DNA of 64,000 nucleotides, taken from assembly GCF_964355755.1 (NCBI RefSeq), contig NC_092677.1:1076101-1140100 (forward strand), written 5' to 3'. The notes below the pieces were generated by a model, which was not told where the DNA came from, ran no database searches, and saw nothing but the letters and a program-made list of their open reading frames with translations. Source of the DNA: Antedon mediterranea (lineage: Eukaryota; Animalia; Echinodermata). The position numbers were made by a program, and so were the translations under genes. Of the stretch, positions 40,823-53,600 are shown in pieces (the first letter of the stretch is position 1; the number at the start of each line of letters is the position of its first letter).

Positions 40823-41893
40823 TATACATGTTTAAAATAAAATGAAAGAAATACATCAGTATTATTATTCTTATTATTAATGGAATATCATTGGTTTGAA
40901 ACTACAATGACATACCTCTTTTTTTATTATAGAAATAAAGAGAAATCATAACCTGTAGAAAGTGTTTTCTTTCTCTTGATGTAACTCTTTAACGCGTACA
41001 AATTTAATAACAAGAAATGTGAATGCTGTAATTTGTATTATCATTAACTAAACAAATATACACAAGTACCTATAGTGACATAAAATATACCAATATTATA
41101 TAGAAACATGTGATATAGGCCTAAAGATGAAAACCACAAACATACTTGAAAAATGTAAAAAAAAAGATATGTAACTAACAACGATACATTTATTAAAATG
41201 TTATTTTCTATTTTTGATTTTTTTGAATTAAAACTTGCTTGTATTAGACCAACTTTGATTCGTTACTTTGATTTTAATGTTTGAATGCATTAGTACATTG
41301 ACATATAATGACATACTAGAATAGACAAGACAATCAATTCTTTTAACACGCGTGTAATTGTATTATTGTTATATAGCATTCTTTAATTTAATTCGCCTCG
41401 AGATGTGCTTTGGTTGGTTGCTGCCATATTTTTTCAAAGAGTTTAGTAATGATCAAATTGATTTTTAAACGTACAAACTAAATTCTAGGGACAAATTGGA
41501 CGGAGGTTTTAAAGTTATGTGCGATTCAGGTTCATTTGTTTTTTAGGGAAGACATTAAGAAATACCTATAAAAATAATAAATAGTAGTTTGAACTACTTA
41601 CTGTATAAATACAATTTTTAAAAGGCTAGGTGTTTTATGATTTTATTTTAAATAATTGATACTATTAAAAAAGAATAATTGTATCATCTTGATTTGGACG
41701 GAAGTAAAGTGCACTATAATTATGAAGGAAGTAAAACTAATATATCACAAGTATGAATGGCAATCCAGAATCATAACAACGACAGGAACAATCAATACTT
41801 CAGTATACAATACAGTATAGTGTGGTAGAGTGCAAGACAATAATAGTGAAATAGTCATCACCTAATAAAGCGGAAAAGATTTCCATATTTTAC

Positions 41894-42135
41894 AGATTTG
41901 TAATGGAGGCGAAAAGTAAAAATGCGATGATTGTAAGTACAAAAATATTTAAAATATTTTTTCACACAATGACGCAATCGTAAATCGTTAATAGCTATTT
42001 TGTTTAATTTATTTTCAGATACAAGTGGAAAGTTTGACAATGTAACAATGATGTGCACTCCTACATTTGTTACAGGAGATTCGTTGCTTCAACTGGTTTT
42101 GTCAAAAGTTAATGTCAGTGGTCAACAAGAAGCTA
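41894..42135 (+). pseudogene. Relic of another family member (decayed leader exon plus truncated V exon)
   Basis: The leader remnant atggaggcgaaaagtaaaaatgcgatgatt-gtaag matches 47609-47668. The V remnant reads VTMMCTPTFVTGDSLLQLVLSKVNVSGQQE. Confidence 0.65.
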
Positions 42136-42298
42136 GCTAGCTAGGCCTTCTTGCAGTACAGAAGTACAGAGCAATGATCGTTAAAAAAAAGATGCCATGC
42201 CCTTTAAATCATGCACAGAAGAGGGCGGTGTTTCGCCTTACTACAAATAATGTACTAATAAAGTTGCATTTCCTTCTTGTAAATAGATTGCTGTGAAG

Positions 42299-45200
42299 AT
42301 GAAGAGTGTTTTCTTCTTGTTATTGTTTCTTCTATATTTACGAAGTAAGTACAATTCACTAAACTAAACCTATACTATTAAGCATTCTCTAATAGTTCAT
42401 AAACTTTGATGATTTGAACAGTTATTAACTAAATATATTTTGCTTGTAAAGTAAATATATCTCTATTTATGGTAGGTTTATGGCACGTCAGGATGGACAT
42501 ACATAGTCATGTCCGTCCTAGCATGCCATATATGTTCAAACGCTAGTTTATAGGTTAGCTATAAAATACTGTAAAGGCCTGTAACATCGTGACAGTACTC
42601 ATGCTGCTTTAATGTCGCTGTGCTACTAATTGTGAAAATACAGTAGTTATATATACATATATGTTTTCAGTATTTTTTGTTTGTGTTGTTTGCATTTCCT
42701 ATAATTTTGTTTCCAGAAATGACAACAAAAAAAAACTCTCTTGACATCAACACAATGTTTAATAAATGGTAGGCCTACTAGACATACAGCACATGTTTGT
42801 AGCAAGCTATCTTTAAATATAAGTAACAAGCTTTATCTTTTATAACACCAAATCAACGTAGCTACCCTAAACTAAAAAAAAAACATGCAATAAAAGTGCA
42901 CAATATGCAGTATTTATAATAATTACTGCACAATTTTTTTTAGTTTTAGGTACACATGCACAAACTACATCTGTGACAGTGGGTGGTGATACAGTTAAAG
43001 TTGGTGAGGTTGCGACGATGACGTGTAGTTATACACTTCAAGCGGGAGATGTCTTGAATCAACTTGTTTGGTTCAGAGTAGATGATGGAAAAAACTATCT
43101 CGTATCTTTAGTTGAAACAAGCAATGGTCGTTATAACTTATCTAATGACAAAGATCTTATGATAAGTAATGTTGAAGTAAATGATGCAGGAAATTATTTT
43201 TGTACAATTTAGACACAAACGTTTCAAATTGCTGACTACTATGGTGAACTTATAGTCCAATGTGAGTTTGTCATTTCTTTGTCATAAACGTTAAATACAC
43301 AAACTCTGTTCGACAATCTTCAAATTACAATAAATAATTATAATTAAAAATTATCAAAATGAAAATAAAGCTGTGTTTATGGTATTACATTTAATAGTCA
43401 AATTGTCTATTACACCGCAGATCTTGACACACCAGTTGTGACTCCAGCTCAATTGTCTGCCAATATGGATGAAACAGCATTGTTTTCTACTGTACCTGTT
43501 GGATTCCCAACATCAATTACCATCACATGGATCAAAGATGACGTCGAACTTTATGTTTCTGATATAGAAAAGTATCCGTTTTCTGATGCAACATTAACGA
43601 TAAAGAATGTAAATGAGACAGATGCAGGAAGTGTATAGCAGAGAATGCTGCTTACATGGGAGAAGAAGGAAAAGGTAGTAATACTGCTACACTGTCAATG
43701 GGTTGGTTGGAAAACAAACTTGTTATAACTGCTGATACAGCAATATCATATTTTATTGATATTTTCTACAAGGACCAAATTGCCTTTCATAATAATTGGT
43801 TAATATTCCTATTATGTTACGTGGTAATGAAAATGAAGCACAGCTACACAACAAAAACTGTTGGAAGTTGGGGGAAAGGTTTGGAAAAAGAAAGGGAAAT
43901 GTTTTAATACTGATTGGTGTGAAACGATATTCTTTTTTTTTAGTTATAAAAGGCTTTTTGTGATATGACGTGTTACTAATATTGCTTGTTTCTCTATTTC
44001 TTTAGCACTGACGACAACATCTTTTATATCCAGTAAGTCAACTACACGTAGGTTGTGTTTTTTTGTATTGTATTGTGTAAATTTCCGGGTTTTTGCATTT
44101 GCGAAAAGAAAAAAGGGATAGAAATGGGAAGGGATATCCCCGCTCCATCCCATGATTAGTATCACGCATTAAAAGGGAAAGTAATGATGACCTTTGTATA
44201 TTTGTCAACACTAAATTATTGTAAACACGTTTAAAGCACATGGAAACACTAATCCTACTGTATTATTTGTTCAGTTTTAAATACAGAAGTTCCAAAGAGT
44301 GAGAATGATTGTAATTCAACTGGTCTTGTTGTTGGAATGACGTTTGTTGGTGTGCTCATTGGATTTATTATCTGTTTGATTGTGGTTTTTATCCTCAGCA
44401 AAATAAGGAAGTCACATGCACAGGTAAAGTATAATTCAGAAAGTAGAACCAAAAGCAAAAGTGTAGATTTAAAATGACCAAAGGTTTAATGAAATACCGC
44501 ACACTTAAGTAATGGAAACTATTTTAACATTAAATATGATGGTTTATTTTAAAGGTACCTACATCGAAAAACACCAACCAATCAGGGGTAAGGATGCCAT
44601 GCTTCAACTTTAAGTATTCACTTTACTCATCAACATCATCCTTATCATTTATTATTATTACTCTTGTCACCAATATATCAATAAAGGTTTGCACGATTTT
44701 CATTCTTTTGTCATGCAATAAACGTTGTATTATTTTTTGCACAGGCGTATATGACTTATATAACGCCTGCTTACGCAGTGAAGCAAGGCAAAGAATATAA
44801 TATTCTTTGAGCAAGGATAAATTCGGGACATTTTCCTTGATTGAGAAAGACTGTGGCAATTACTTTAGGCCAAATTATTTGATTATATCCATTATATATA
44901 TATATTTTTAGGTTAGTTTGTAAATAATACAATGGAAGAATACGGCCAATAATAATAAAAATATAACAGATGTTGGTCCAAAGATTATTTAACTTGCTGT
45001 AACGTACGTAAGCCTAGGCCCTAGTTAGCATAGTTTTTTTTTTTTTTTTTTTTTTTTTTTTCAGATTTCAGATAATATTTATTTAGATAATAATGAATGA
45101 ATATATACAAAATAGAAAAAAGATATTAAAGTGAACATAGATAAAGCAGTAATAATTGGTAGTCATTATTATCATGGATCCCTTCTAGAAGTTAAAAACT

Positions 45201-46092
45201 TGTCTCGTAGGGACCCACAACAAAACACATTACTAAAAAAATAAAAATAACCTAGAATATATAATTATATAATTTAGGATAAAAAATTACAGTATAATAA
45301 CATAACTAACATCTTCTTTATAAAAATTATTTAAATTATATTTCAATAATTTCATGATAATAGTTCTAGCAGGAACATCCTCCGGTGCGCGCTCCCGGTG
45401 CTAGCTCATACCGTAACAGCTTCTGATAATTAAATTCGCGTCTATTTGTAGGCCTAATAGATTTTGTTTCTGTAGAATGGCCATCACGATCGGGCCGTTA
45501 TTAGCACGGAGTGGTGTTGGAGCGCGCACCGGAGGATGTTCCTGCTAGAACTATGCTAACTAGGGCCTAGGCTTACGTATACAACGTTACAGCAAGTTAA
45601 ATAATCTTTGGACCAATGGCAATATATGTTATATTTTTTTTATTATTGGCCATATTCTTCCATTGTATTATTTACAAACTAACCTAAATATAATATATAT
45701 GGATATAATCTAATAATTTGGCCTAAAGTAATTGCCACAGTCTTTCTCAATCAAGGAAAATGTCCCGAATTTATCCTTGCTTCACTGCGTAAGCAGGCGT
45801 TATATCGTGGACTCTTTCACACAGATCAGGCTTACGACCGTGACGGTAATATTACCGCAATTTTACTAGGTCCAGAGGCGGTCTAACGGAAGCCGGCATT
45901 AAGGGGTTTTTACCCTTTCACACATAAGCCGGCGTTCGCGAATTACCGCAATATTATGACTTATACAAGAGTATATGACTTACACTGGAGAGACGGATAA
46001 AGAAACAAACCATACATACCAAGATTTACAGAAGAAAGACGATAATCAAGCTGTATATGTAAATGTTAAAGCCAAAAAGGGCAAAAAATAAT
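42299..46092 (+). pseudogene. IgSF receptor pseudogene 5 (leader 42299-42344, V about 42944-43261, I 43421-43701, stalk, TM 44275-44423, disrupted tail)
   Basis: In-frame TAG at 43210-43212 in the V exon. The I exon has lost its first Cys and has a deletion/frameshift at the YQC motif. The last exon is split by an insertion of about 1.2 kb at 44761. Confidence 0.85.
44761..45804. mobile_element. Foldback/MITE element with long inverted arms, carrying an internal poly(T)-tailed insertion (about 45034-45360)
   Basis: taacgcctgcttacgcagtgaagcaagg...ccttgcttcactgcgtaagcaggcgtta, flanked by TA. Arms 44761-45033 plus 45361-45395 mirror 45519-45804. Confidence 0.85.
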
Positions 46093-46184
46093 ATACATGT
46101 TTAAAATAAAAATTAAATAAATATATTATCATTATCATTATTCTTATTATTAATGGAATATCATTATAATGGTTTGAAACTACA

Positions 46185-46787
46185 ATCCTTCTGTATTATT
46201 TGTTCAGTTTTAAATACAGAAGTTCCAAAGAGTGAGAATGATTGTAATTCAACTGGTCTTGTTGTTGTAATGACGTTTGTTGGTGTGCTCATTGGATTCA
46301 TTATCTGTTTGCTTGTGGTTGTTATCCTCAGCAAAATAAGGAAGTCACATGCAAAGGTAAAGTATAATTCATAAAGTAGAACAAAAAGCAAAAGTGTAGA
46401 CTTAAAATTATCAAAGGTTTAATGAAATACCGCACACTTAAGTAATGGACACTATTTTAACATTAGATATGATGTTTTATTTTGAAGTTACCTACATCGA
46501 AAAACACCAACCAAACAGGGCCATGGGTAAGGATGTTACTTCAACTTTAAATATTCACTTTACTCATCATCATCATCATCATCATTTATTATTACTATTG
46601 TCACCAATATATCAATAAAGGTTTACACGATTTTCATTCTTTTTTCATTTTTTTTTTGCAACAGGCGTATATGACTTACACTGGAAAGACAGATAAAGAT
46701 ACAAGCCACACATACCAAGATTTACGGAAGAAAGAAGATAATCAAGCTGTATATGTAAATGTTAAAGCCAAAAAGGGCAAAAAATAA
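46185..46787 (+). pseudogene. Duplicated TM plus ITAM-like tail cassette lacking its own ectodomain exons (exons about 46209-46357, 46488-46526, 46665-46787)
   Basis: Open TM exon, LPTSKNTNQTGPW exon and AYMTYTGKTDKDTSHTYQDLRKKEDNQAVYVNVKAKKGKK*, fused directly behind the 3' UTR of pseudogene 5. Confidence 0.75.
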
Positions 46788-47632
46788 TGAATGTTAAAAT
46801 AAAAATAAATAATTTTTATTATTAATTGGTTTAAATCTTCAATCACATACCTCTTGTTGATTTTATTATAGAAATAAAGAGAAATCATAATCTGTAGAAA
46901 GTGTTTTCTTTTCTCTTGATGTAACTCTTTAACGCGCACCGTACAAATTTAATAACAAGGAAATGTGAATGCTGCAATTTGTATCATCATTAAAAAAAAA
47001 AACCTATATATATTTTTTTTTTCTTACGGGTAGGCCTACATTGACATAATAAATGACTATACCAGGAAAATAAATTAGACAATCAATGCTTTTAACACCA
47101 ATACGCGTGTAATTTATATTATCATAGCGTTATTTAATTCAATTTAACTTTGAGATGTGCATTTGGTTGCTTGCTGCCATATTTTTTCAAAGAGTTGAGT
47201 AATGTTCAAATTTGAAACGGAAAAATTTAATTATAGGTACAAATTGGACGGAGGTTTTAAAATTGGATGCGATTGAGGTTCATTTCTTTTAAAGAAAGAC
47301 CATCAAGAAAGTTTGCACTGTTTGAACGCATTGTATAAATAAGGCCTAAAACCATGTGTTTAAATAATGGTTACTAATTGAAAAGATTAATTTGATCAAC
47401 TTGATTTGGACGGAAGTACAGTGCACTATAATTATGAAGGAAGTAAATACCTGTACAATATATCACAAGTGTGAATGGCAGTCATGACAAAGACAGGAAC
47501 AATCAATATTTCAGTATACGATATTAGAGTATGGTAGAGTACAAGACAATAGTGAAATAGTCATCACCTAATAAAGTGGAAAAGATTTCCATATTCTATA
47601 GAATTGCGATAGAGGTGAAAAGTTCAAATGCG

Positions 47633-50600
47633 ATGATTTTCCTGATTATTCAACTTTGTGGATGTAAGTACAAAATATTGAAAATATATCTTCCCTTTTT
47701 TCACAAAAAGACGCAATCTTAAATTGCAGTATTTATAATAATTACTGTACAGTTATATTTTAGTTTTAGGTACACATGCACAAACTACGTCTGTGACAGT
47801 GGGTGGTGATACAGTTAAAGTTGGTGAGGATGCGGCGATGACGTGTAATTATACACTTCAAGCGGGAGATGTCTTGAATCAACTTGTTTGGTTCAGAGCA
47901 GAGGATGATGGTACTCCAGAGTTAGGAAACCTTCTGGTATCTTTAGTTGAAACAAGCAATGGTCGTTATAGCTTATCTAATGACAAGGATCTTATGATAA
48001 GTGTCGTTGAAGTAAATGATGCAGGAAATTATCTGTGTAGAATTGTAACACAAAATGTTCAAATTGCTGACGACTATGATCAACTTATAGTCCAATGTGA
48101 GTATAGGCTAATTCATTGTCAGTGAAGCTATAATCGGTATAGTACTGTTTTTAGCAGCTTTTGTTCGTTTGTTAATAAGCAATCACTAATTAACAACTAC
48201 ATTTCCTAATTTATCTTTTTTGAAATCTGTTTTGTTGATTTTACAGTAAATAGAGGTAGAGGGCGCTTCATGGTGGTTGGACGTGTTTCTGAAGTTGTAA
48301 AAGTTTTGAATCTTGTTTGCTGGTTTTGTATAGTTTATTCACGATTTTTACTTACATAAAGTCTCCATTACTCTTCTTATTGCTACAAATGTAGCTTAAG
48401 CCCTTGTATTATTCGATTTATCTTTCGATTGGAGAGATTTTTTGAGATTGTCTTTGCTAGGCCTGGGTTTGTGGTTGGACGAATATCTGTTATCGGAAAG
48501 TCTTTGAATCTTGTTTGCTAGTTTACTTTCATATCATTATCATTCCTATTCTTATTGCTTCAAATTTCTGCTTGAGCTCTTACTGTATTCTAAGGACTGG
48601 TGAGATTTTTATTTTTTAGATTGTCTTTCGCTAGGCCTAGGGTTGTGTAAGCAGTTAGGGCATGGCTTCCAAAAGCAAAGATCAAGGTGCCAGGCCAAAG
48701 CCTAGATCACGTAATGCAGGAGGCACAGTTGATAAAACGGTAGTAGATATCGAGGGTGAAGACGAATGTGGTTCATGTGGTGGCCATTTTATGTCTGGTG
48801 GCAAATCGGTTTTATGCGGTCTTTGTAAGCTATGGTTCCACATAGATTGTCAGAAAATTAATGAAGCCAAATATAAGTGGCTATCCAAAGATGACTCATC
48901 CATTTTTTGGTACTGTAGGAGCTGCTCAGTCTCAGTAGGCAATTTCATGGGTCTTATTAATAATGTTAATGAGACACAAAAAACCATGATTAAAACAATT
49001 GAAGCAATTAAATCTGAGGTAGAGATCAATAAAGAGGATATTAAAAAGTTATTCCAGTCATCTAGTGTTGTTAATAATGAGGATGTTAAGACAATAATTG
49101 AAAATAGACTTAAGGATGAAAATGAGAGATTGAAAAGAAAATCTAATTTGATGCTATATAGAATAGATGAGTCCAAGAGTAATGACTCAGATAGAAGAAA
49201 AAATGATGACCTCAGTAAATTGGCAGGTATTTTCGAGGATATTGACCTAGAGGTCGAAATGAGAACATTTTTCCGGGTGGGTAAACACAGAGAAGATGGG
49301 TGCCGCCCTATAAAGGTAGTTTTCAAGGAGGAATGTATCAAAAGAGATGCCTTTGAAATTGCTATACAAAAAAAGTGCGCAGTAAGTAATGATAGAACAA
49401 TAAAGGAACGTGATGAGTATAATAAACTTAGGGACATATTGAGGGATAGGCAAAGCAAAGGGGAAAAAGACTTGGTAATTAGAAGGGGGAAAATAACTCG
49501 GTTTCGTTCCCAAAGCACTACCCAATCGGAAGAGAACACTGCCTAACAATGTAAGTTCTACGCAGTCAGAAGATGTTAATGATTTTTTTAATGTGTTTTA
49601 TACAAATTGTGATTCCCTTCTAAATAAGAAGAATGAGCTTCTGTTGCGTTTATCTTCAGAGAAAGTAGATATCATTGCTTTGACTGAGATTCTACCAAAG
49701 AAGTACTTTTTTGAATTGTCTATAGAGGAGTTTCATATCCCTGGTTTTCAGATGTTTTTGCCAAATGAAAAGCTTTCATCTGGTAGAGGAGTTGTTATTT
49801 ATGTTCGAAATGGGATGTCTGCCACTCCGGTTTTGTTTAAAGATATTTTGTTTGAGGAATCCATGTTTGTTGAGATTAAAGTCAAGGATCGCACCTTTTT
49901 AATTGGATGTGTGTATAGAAGTGACGCCGGATCTAGTGTCAATAATTCTGCTTTGTGTTCTCTGTTTAGAAAAGTGGCATCCTTTTCTTGTTCTGATTTG
50001 ATTATAGTTGGAGATTTCAATTATAGGAGTATTAATTGGGAGCTAGGATATGTGACTGGTGAAGATGGTAAAAATAGTCATAATTTTTTCGACACCATTA
50101 ATGACTTATTTTTAGCTCAGCATGTACGAGACCCAACCCGTTACAGAATAGGAGAACAGGCCAATGTTCTGGACCTGGTACTTACATCTAATGAGGATTC
50201 TATTAGTGAGGTCCTTCAAGCTCCACCATTAGGTAAGAGTGATCATATGGTACTTCAATTTAAAATTCCAGTTAATTTAATCAAAGAAGAGGTGGTAGAG
50301 GTCAGAAATTATTTCCATGCTGATTATGATAAGTTTCGTGGTTTTCTTGATGGTGTCGATTGGGACACTGAGTTATTGGATAAGGACGGGTTACACTCGC
50401 ACGGTTCTTTTGATGAGATCTTATCTAGAGGTATGGAACAGTTTGTTCCAAAGTGTAAGAAACACTTGTCTGGAAATGTTAAGAGACCTTTGTGGTATAC
50501 TAAGGAGGTTGATAAGTCTATTAAACAGAAGAATAAATGCTGGAAACAGTATATCAAAGCAAAACGTAAAGGGCATGACTGTGCTAGTGTCAAATGGAAC

Positions 50601-53600
50601 ACGTTTATTAGAGTAAGGAATGATACTGTCAATTTGATTAAGAGTTCTAAAAGCATCTTCGAAAATAAGATTGCAAATGAGGTTAAAGTCAATGAAAAGT
50701 CTTTTTGGCGCTATGTAAATTCTCAGTTAAACACCAGATCTGGTATTCCTACTCTTAGAAATGTTGAAGGTAAACTTGTTGTAGATGACCAAGATAAAGC
50801 CGAGTCTTTTAATTCTTTTTTTAGCAGTGTCTTTTGTAAGGAGAACTTATCGAATGTTCCGAATCTTGATAAAAAGATTGAGGCTTCTTTGTCAGATATT
50901 GAGTTTAATGTAGAAGATATTCATAAGCTGTTGTCTAACTTAGTTATAGATAAGTCAGCTGGCCCTGATGGCTTTCACCCACGGGTTTTGATTGAATTAA
51001 AGGATCAAATTGCTTACCCTCTCAGTCTAATATTCACTAGATTATTCAATGATCAGAAGGTCCCTCTATCGTGGAAGGAGGCAATTGTAATACCTATATT
51101 TAAGAAAGGCAAAAAGGAGGACCCGGCTAACTACAGACCGGTTAGTTTAACGTCGGTCATAGGGAAAATGATGGAAAGGATTATTAGGGATAAACTTGTA
51201 ATGTATCTTGAGAGTAATGGTCTTTTGTGCAATGAGCAATTTGGATTCAGACAAGGTAGATCATGTGCATTACAACTACTTGATGTCCTGGAGAGTTGGA
51301 CTACTAACCTGGATAACCATGATAGCTTTGATTGTGTCTATTTAGACTATAAAAAGGCCTTTGATAGTGTGCCACACCAAAGGCTTCTAGTCAAATTGAA
51401 AGGTTTTGGTATTACGGGAAATCTACTAGGATGGTTCTCTAATTATTTGTCAAATAGAACACAACGAGTTAGTGTCAATGGTCAATTGTCATCACAGGCT
51501 CCAGTATTAAGTGGAATTCCACAGGGTAGCGTTGTGGGCCCAATCTTATTTTCAATCTTCATTAACGATTTACCTGATGTTGTCGAATCTAGTATACGTT
51601 TATTTGCAGACGACACCAAGTTGTATAGAGTGGTCAATAACATTGATGATGCAGATTTATTTCAAAGAGACATTGACAGTGCTTCCCATTGGTCTAATGT
51701 TTGGCAATTGCCTTTTTATGACACTAAGTGTAAGGTATTTCATTATGGTCGTGATAATCCCAATTTCTTGTATTCAATGGCTGGTAATTTACTACATGAG
51801 GTAAAGCAGGAGAAAGATCTAGGTGTTACCTTTGATCATAGTTTAATCTTTAATTTGCATGTAGCGGATATTTGTAAAAGAGCTAATAAGAAACTAGGAA
51901 TGATTTATAGATCTTTTAAATTCTTGAATAAAGATGGATTTTTGAAGCTGTATAAGTCTATTGTCAGGCCAACGCTTGAATATTGTAACACTGTTTATAA
52001 TCCTATTAGAAAACGAGATCAGGATGAAATAGAGAAGGTCCAGCAAAGAGCAACAAGATTGATTCCTAGGTACCGTAATATTCCTTATAAACAACGTTTG
52101 AGAATTCTTGGTCTTCCTACCATGAGATATCGAAGGCAGAGAGCAGATATTATCCAAGTTTTTAGGATTGTTAAAGGTTTCGATCGTATTTCGATTTTTG
52201 AATTTGATCTAGAATCTCGGACCCGTGGACACCCATATAAACTCAAGTTTAAAAGCTCTCGTCTTAATATTAGGAGGGACACGTTCTCCAGGAGAGTTAT
52301 TCTCTTATGGAATACTCTGCCTATGGATGTAGTTTCATGTGCTACGGTGAACTTGTTCAAAGCAAAACTTAACGTCGCATGGTCTAACCACCCGCTGAAG
52401 TTTTCACCCTATATAGAATATGATTTTATTTCTAAGAGGGGCTTTTAAGCACTGAGTGCTTCGCCTCGATCCCGTAGACGAAAGTGTACGGGAAACAAGT
52501 AAACAAGTAAACAAGTAAATGATCTTGTATTAGTTAGTTTTTACTGTTATGGAATAATTATTTAATAACATTCAACGTTTTTTACATATTTGTTTTCCTT
52601 TTTTTTTTTTCAATATTTTAGATTTATTAGTTTTCTTGTCATGTCGACAACTGTTCAGGTGGTCAATGCTTAAAGTAATTTTTACTTATTTTGATCTCCT
52701 TTCACACATCTTTTTTCTTTTCTTATAGTTCATATATCTGTTCATTTAGTTCAATGTGTGGAAAATAAATAAATGAAACAAACAAACAAACAGTTATACA
52801 CATAACTTGTTAGACAATTCATTTTTAGACTTTCAGACCTTATCTTGATATCAGTTTAATCTAAGTCAATTTTTCACAGTATATTCCTTATGGCCAGGAA
52901 TCGATGTGGTTATGTTTTCACGGTGCGCAATAAAAAATTACGCGGTCTACGCACGATTTAACGAAATCACGTTTGTAATCATATCTTCAATACCATGAAT
53001 CACAATTAAAAAAAATTTGGTACTCATAAATTTCAGGGCATAAATCATCATATGGCAATACAATTACGTACGTAGCGCATGTAACGCATGCGTACGCGCG
53101 CTTAAAATTTTCAAAATTTATTTGCGATGAAATAAGAGTACGTTTCAGGCAATTTTAAGCGTTTACAAAATTGCCATGAGTCCGCAGATTTTTGCGCGCG
53201 CACTGCGCGTTAAATGTTGTTACGCACTCTTTTTGCCCGATTTCTGTTTTCTTGACTTACTTTTCAACTCGAAATTACGTTATACGAGCACGTCAAAAGT
53301 GACAGGCTACGCACTTGTAAATTAAAAAAATATAAATGTTTTTAAACATTTCAACATTTTTAAACATGTTCAGTAATTTCGGTCAATTGGTCGGTCGGTC
53401 GGTAAACACTAATGAGCACGCGACTGCATCCATCTATATGGCCTTGTTTTTCTAACAATTACTTTTAAACACTAGGCCTAATGTAAACATGATAAAAATC
53501 CTGTGTTGTGCTTGTATAGTAAGATTATTCTTTTGTTTTTCTAGATGTTTCAGAACCTTTTTTTAAGCCAGAAGAAGGATTATCCATCTTGATAAATGAC

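Larger units (their letters stand above)
48265..52520 (+). mobile_element. Apparently full-length CR1-clade LINE in the V-I intron of gene 6
   Basis: 5' UTR with an imperfect tandem duplication of about 200 bp, two intact ORFs, short 3' UTR and (AAACAAGT)3 tail. The 5' boundary is approximate. Confidence 0.92.
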
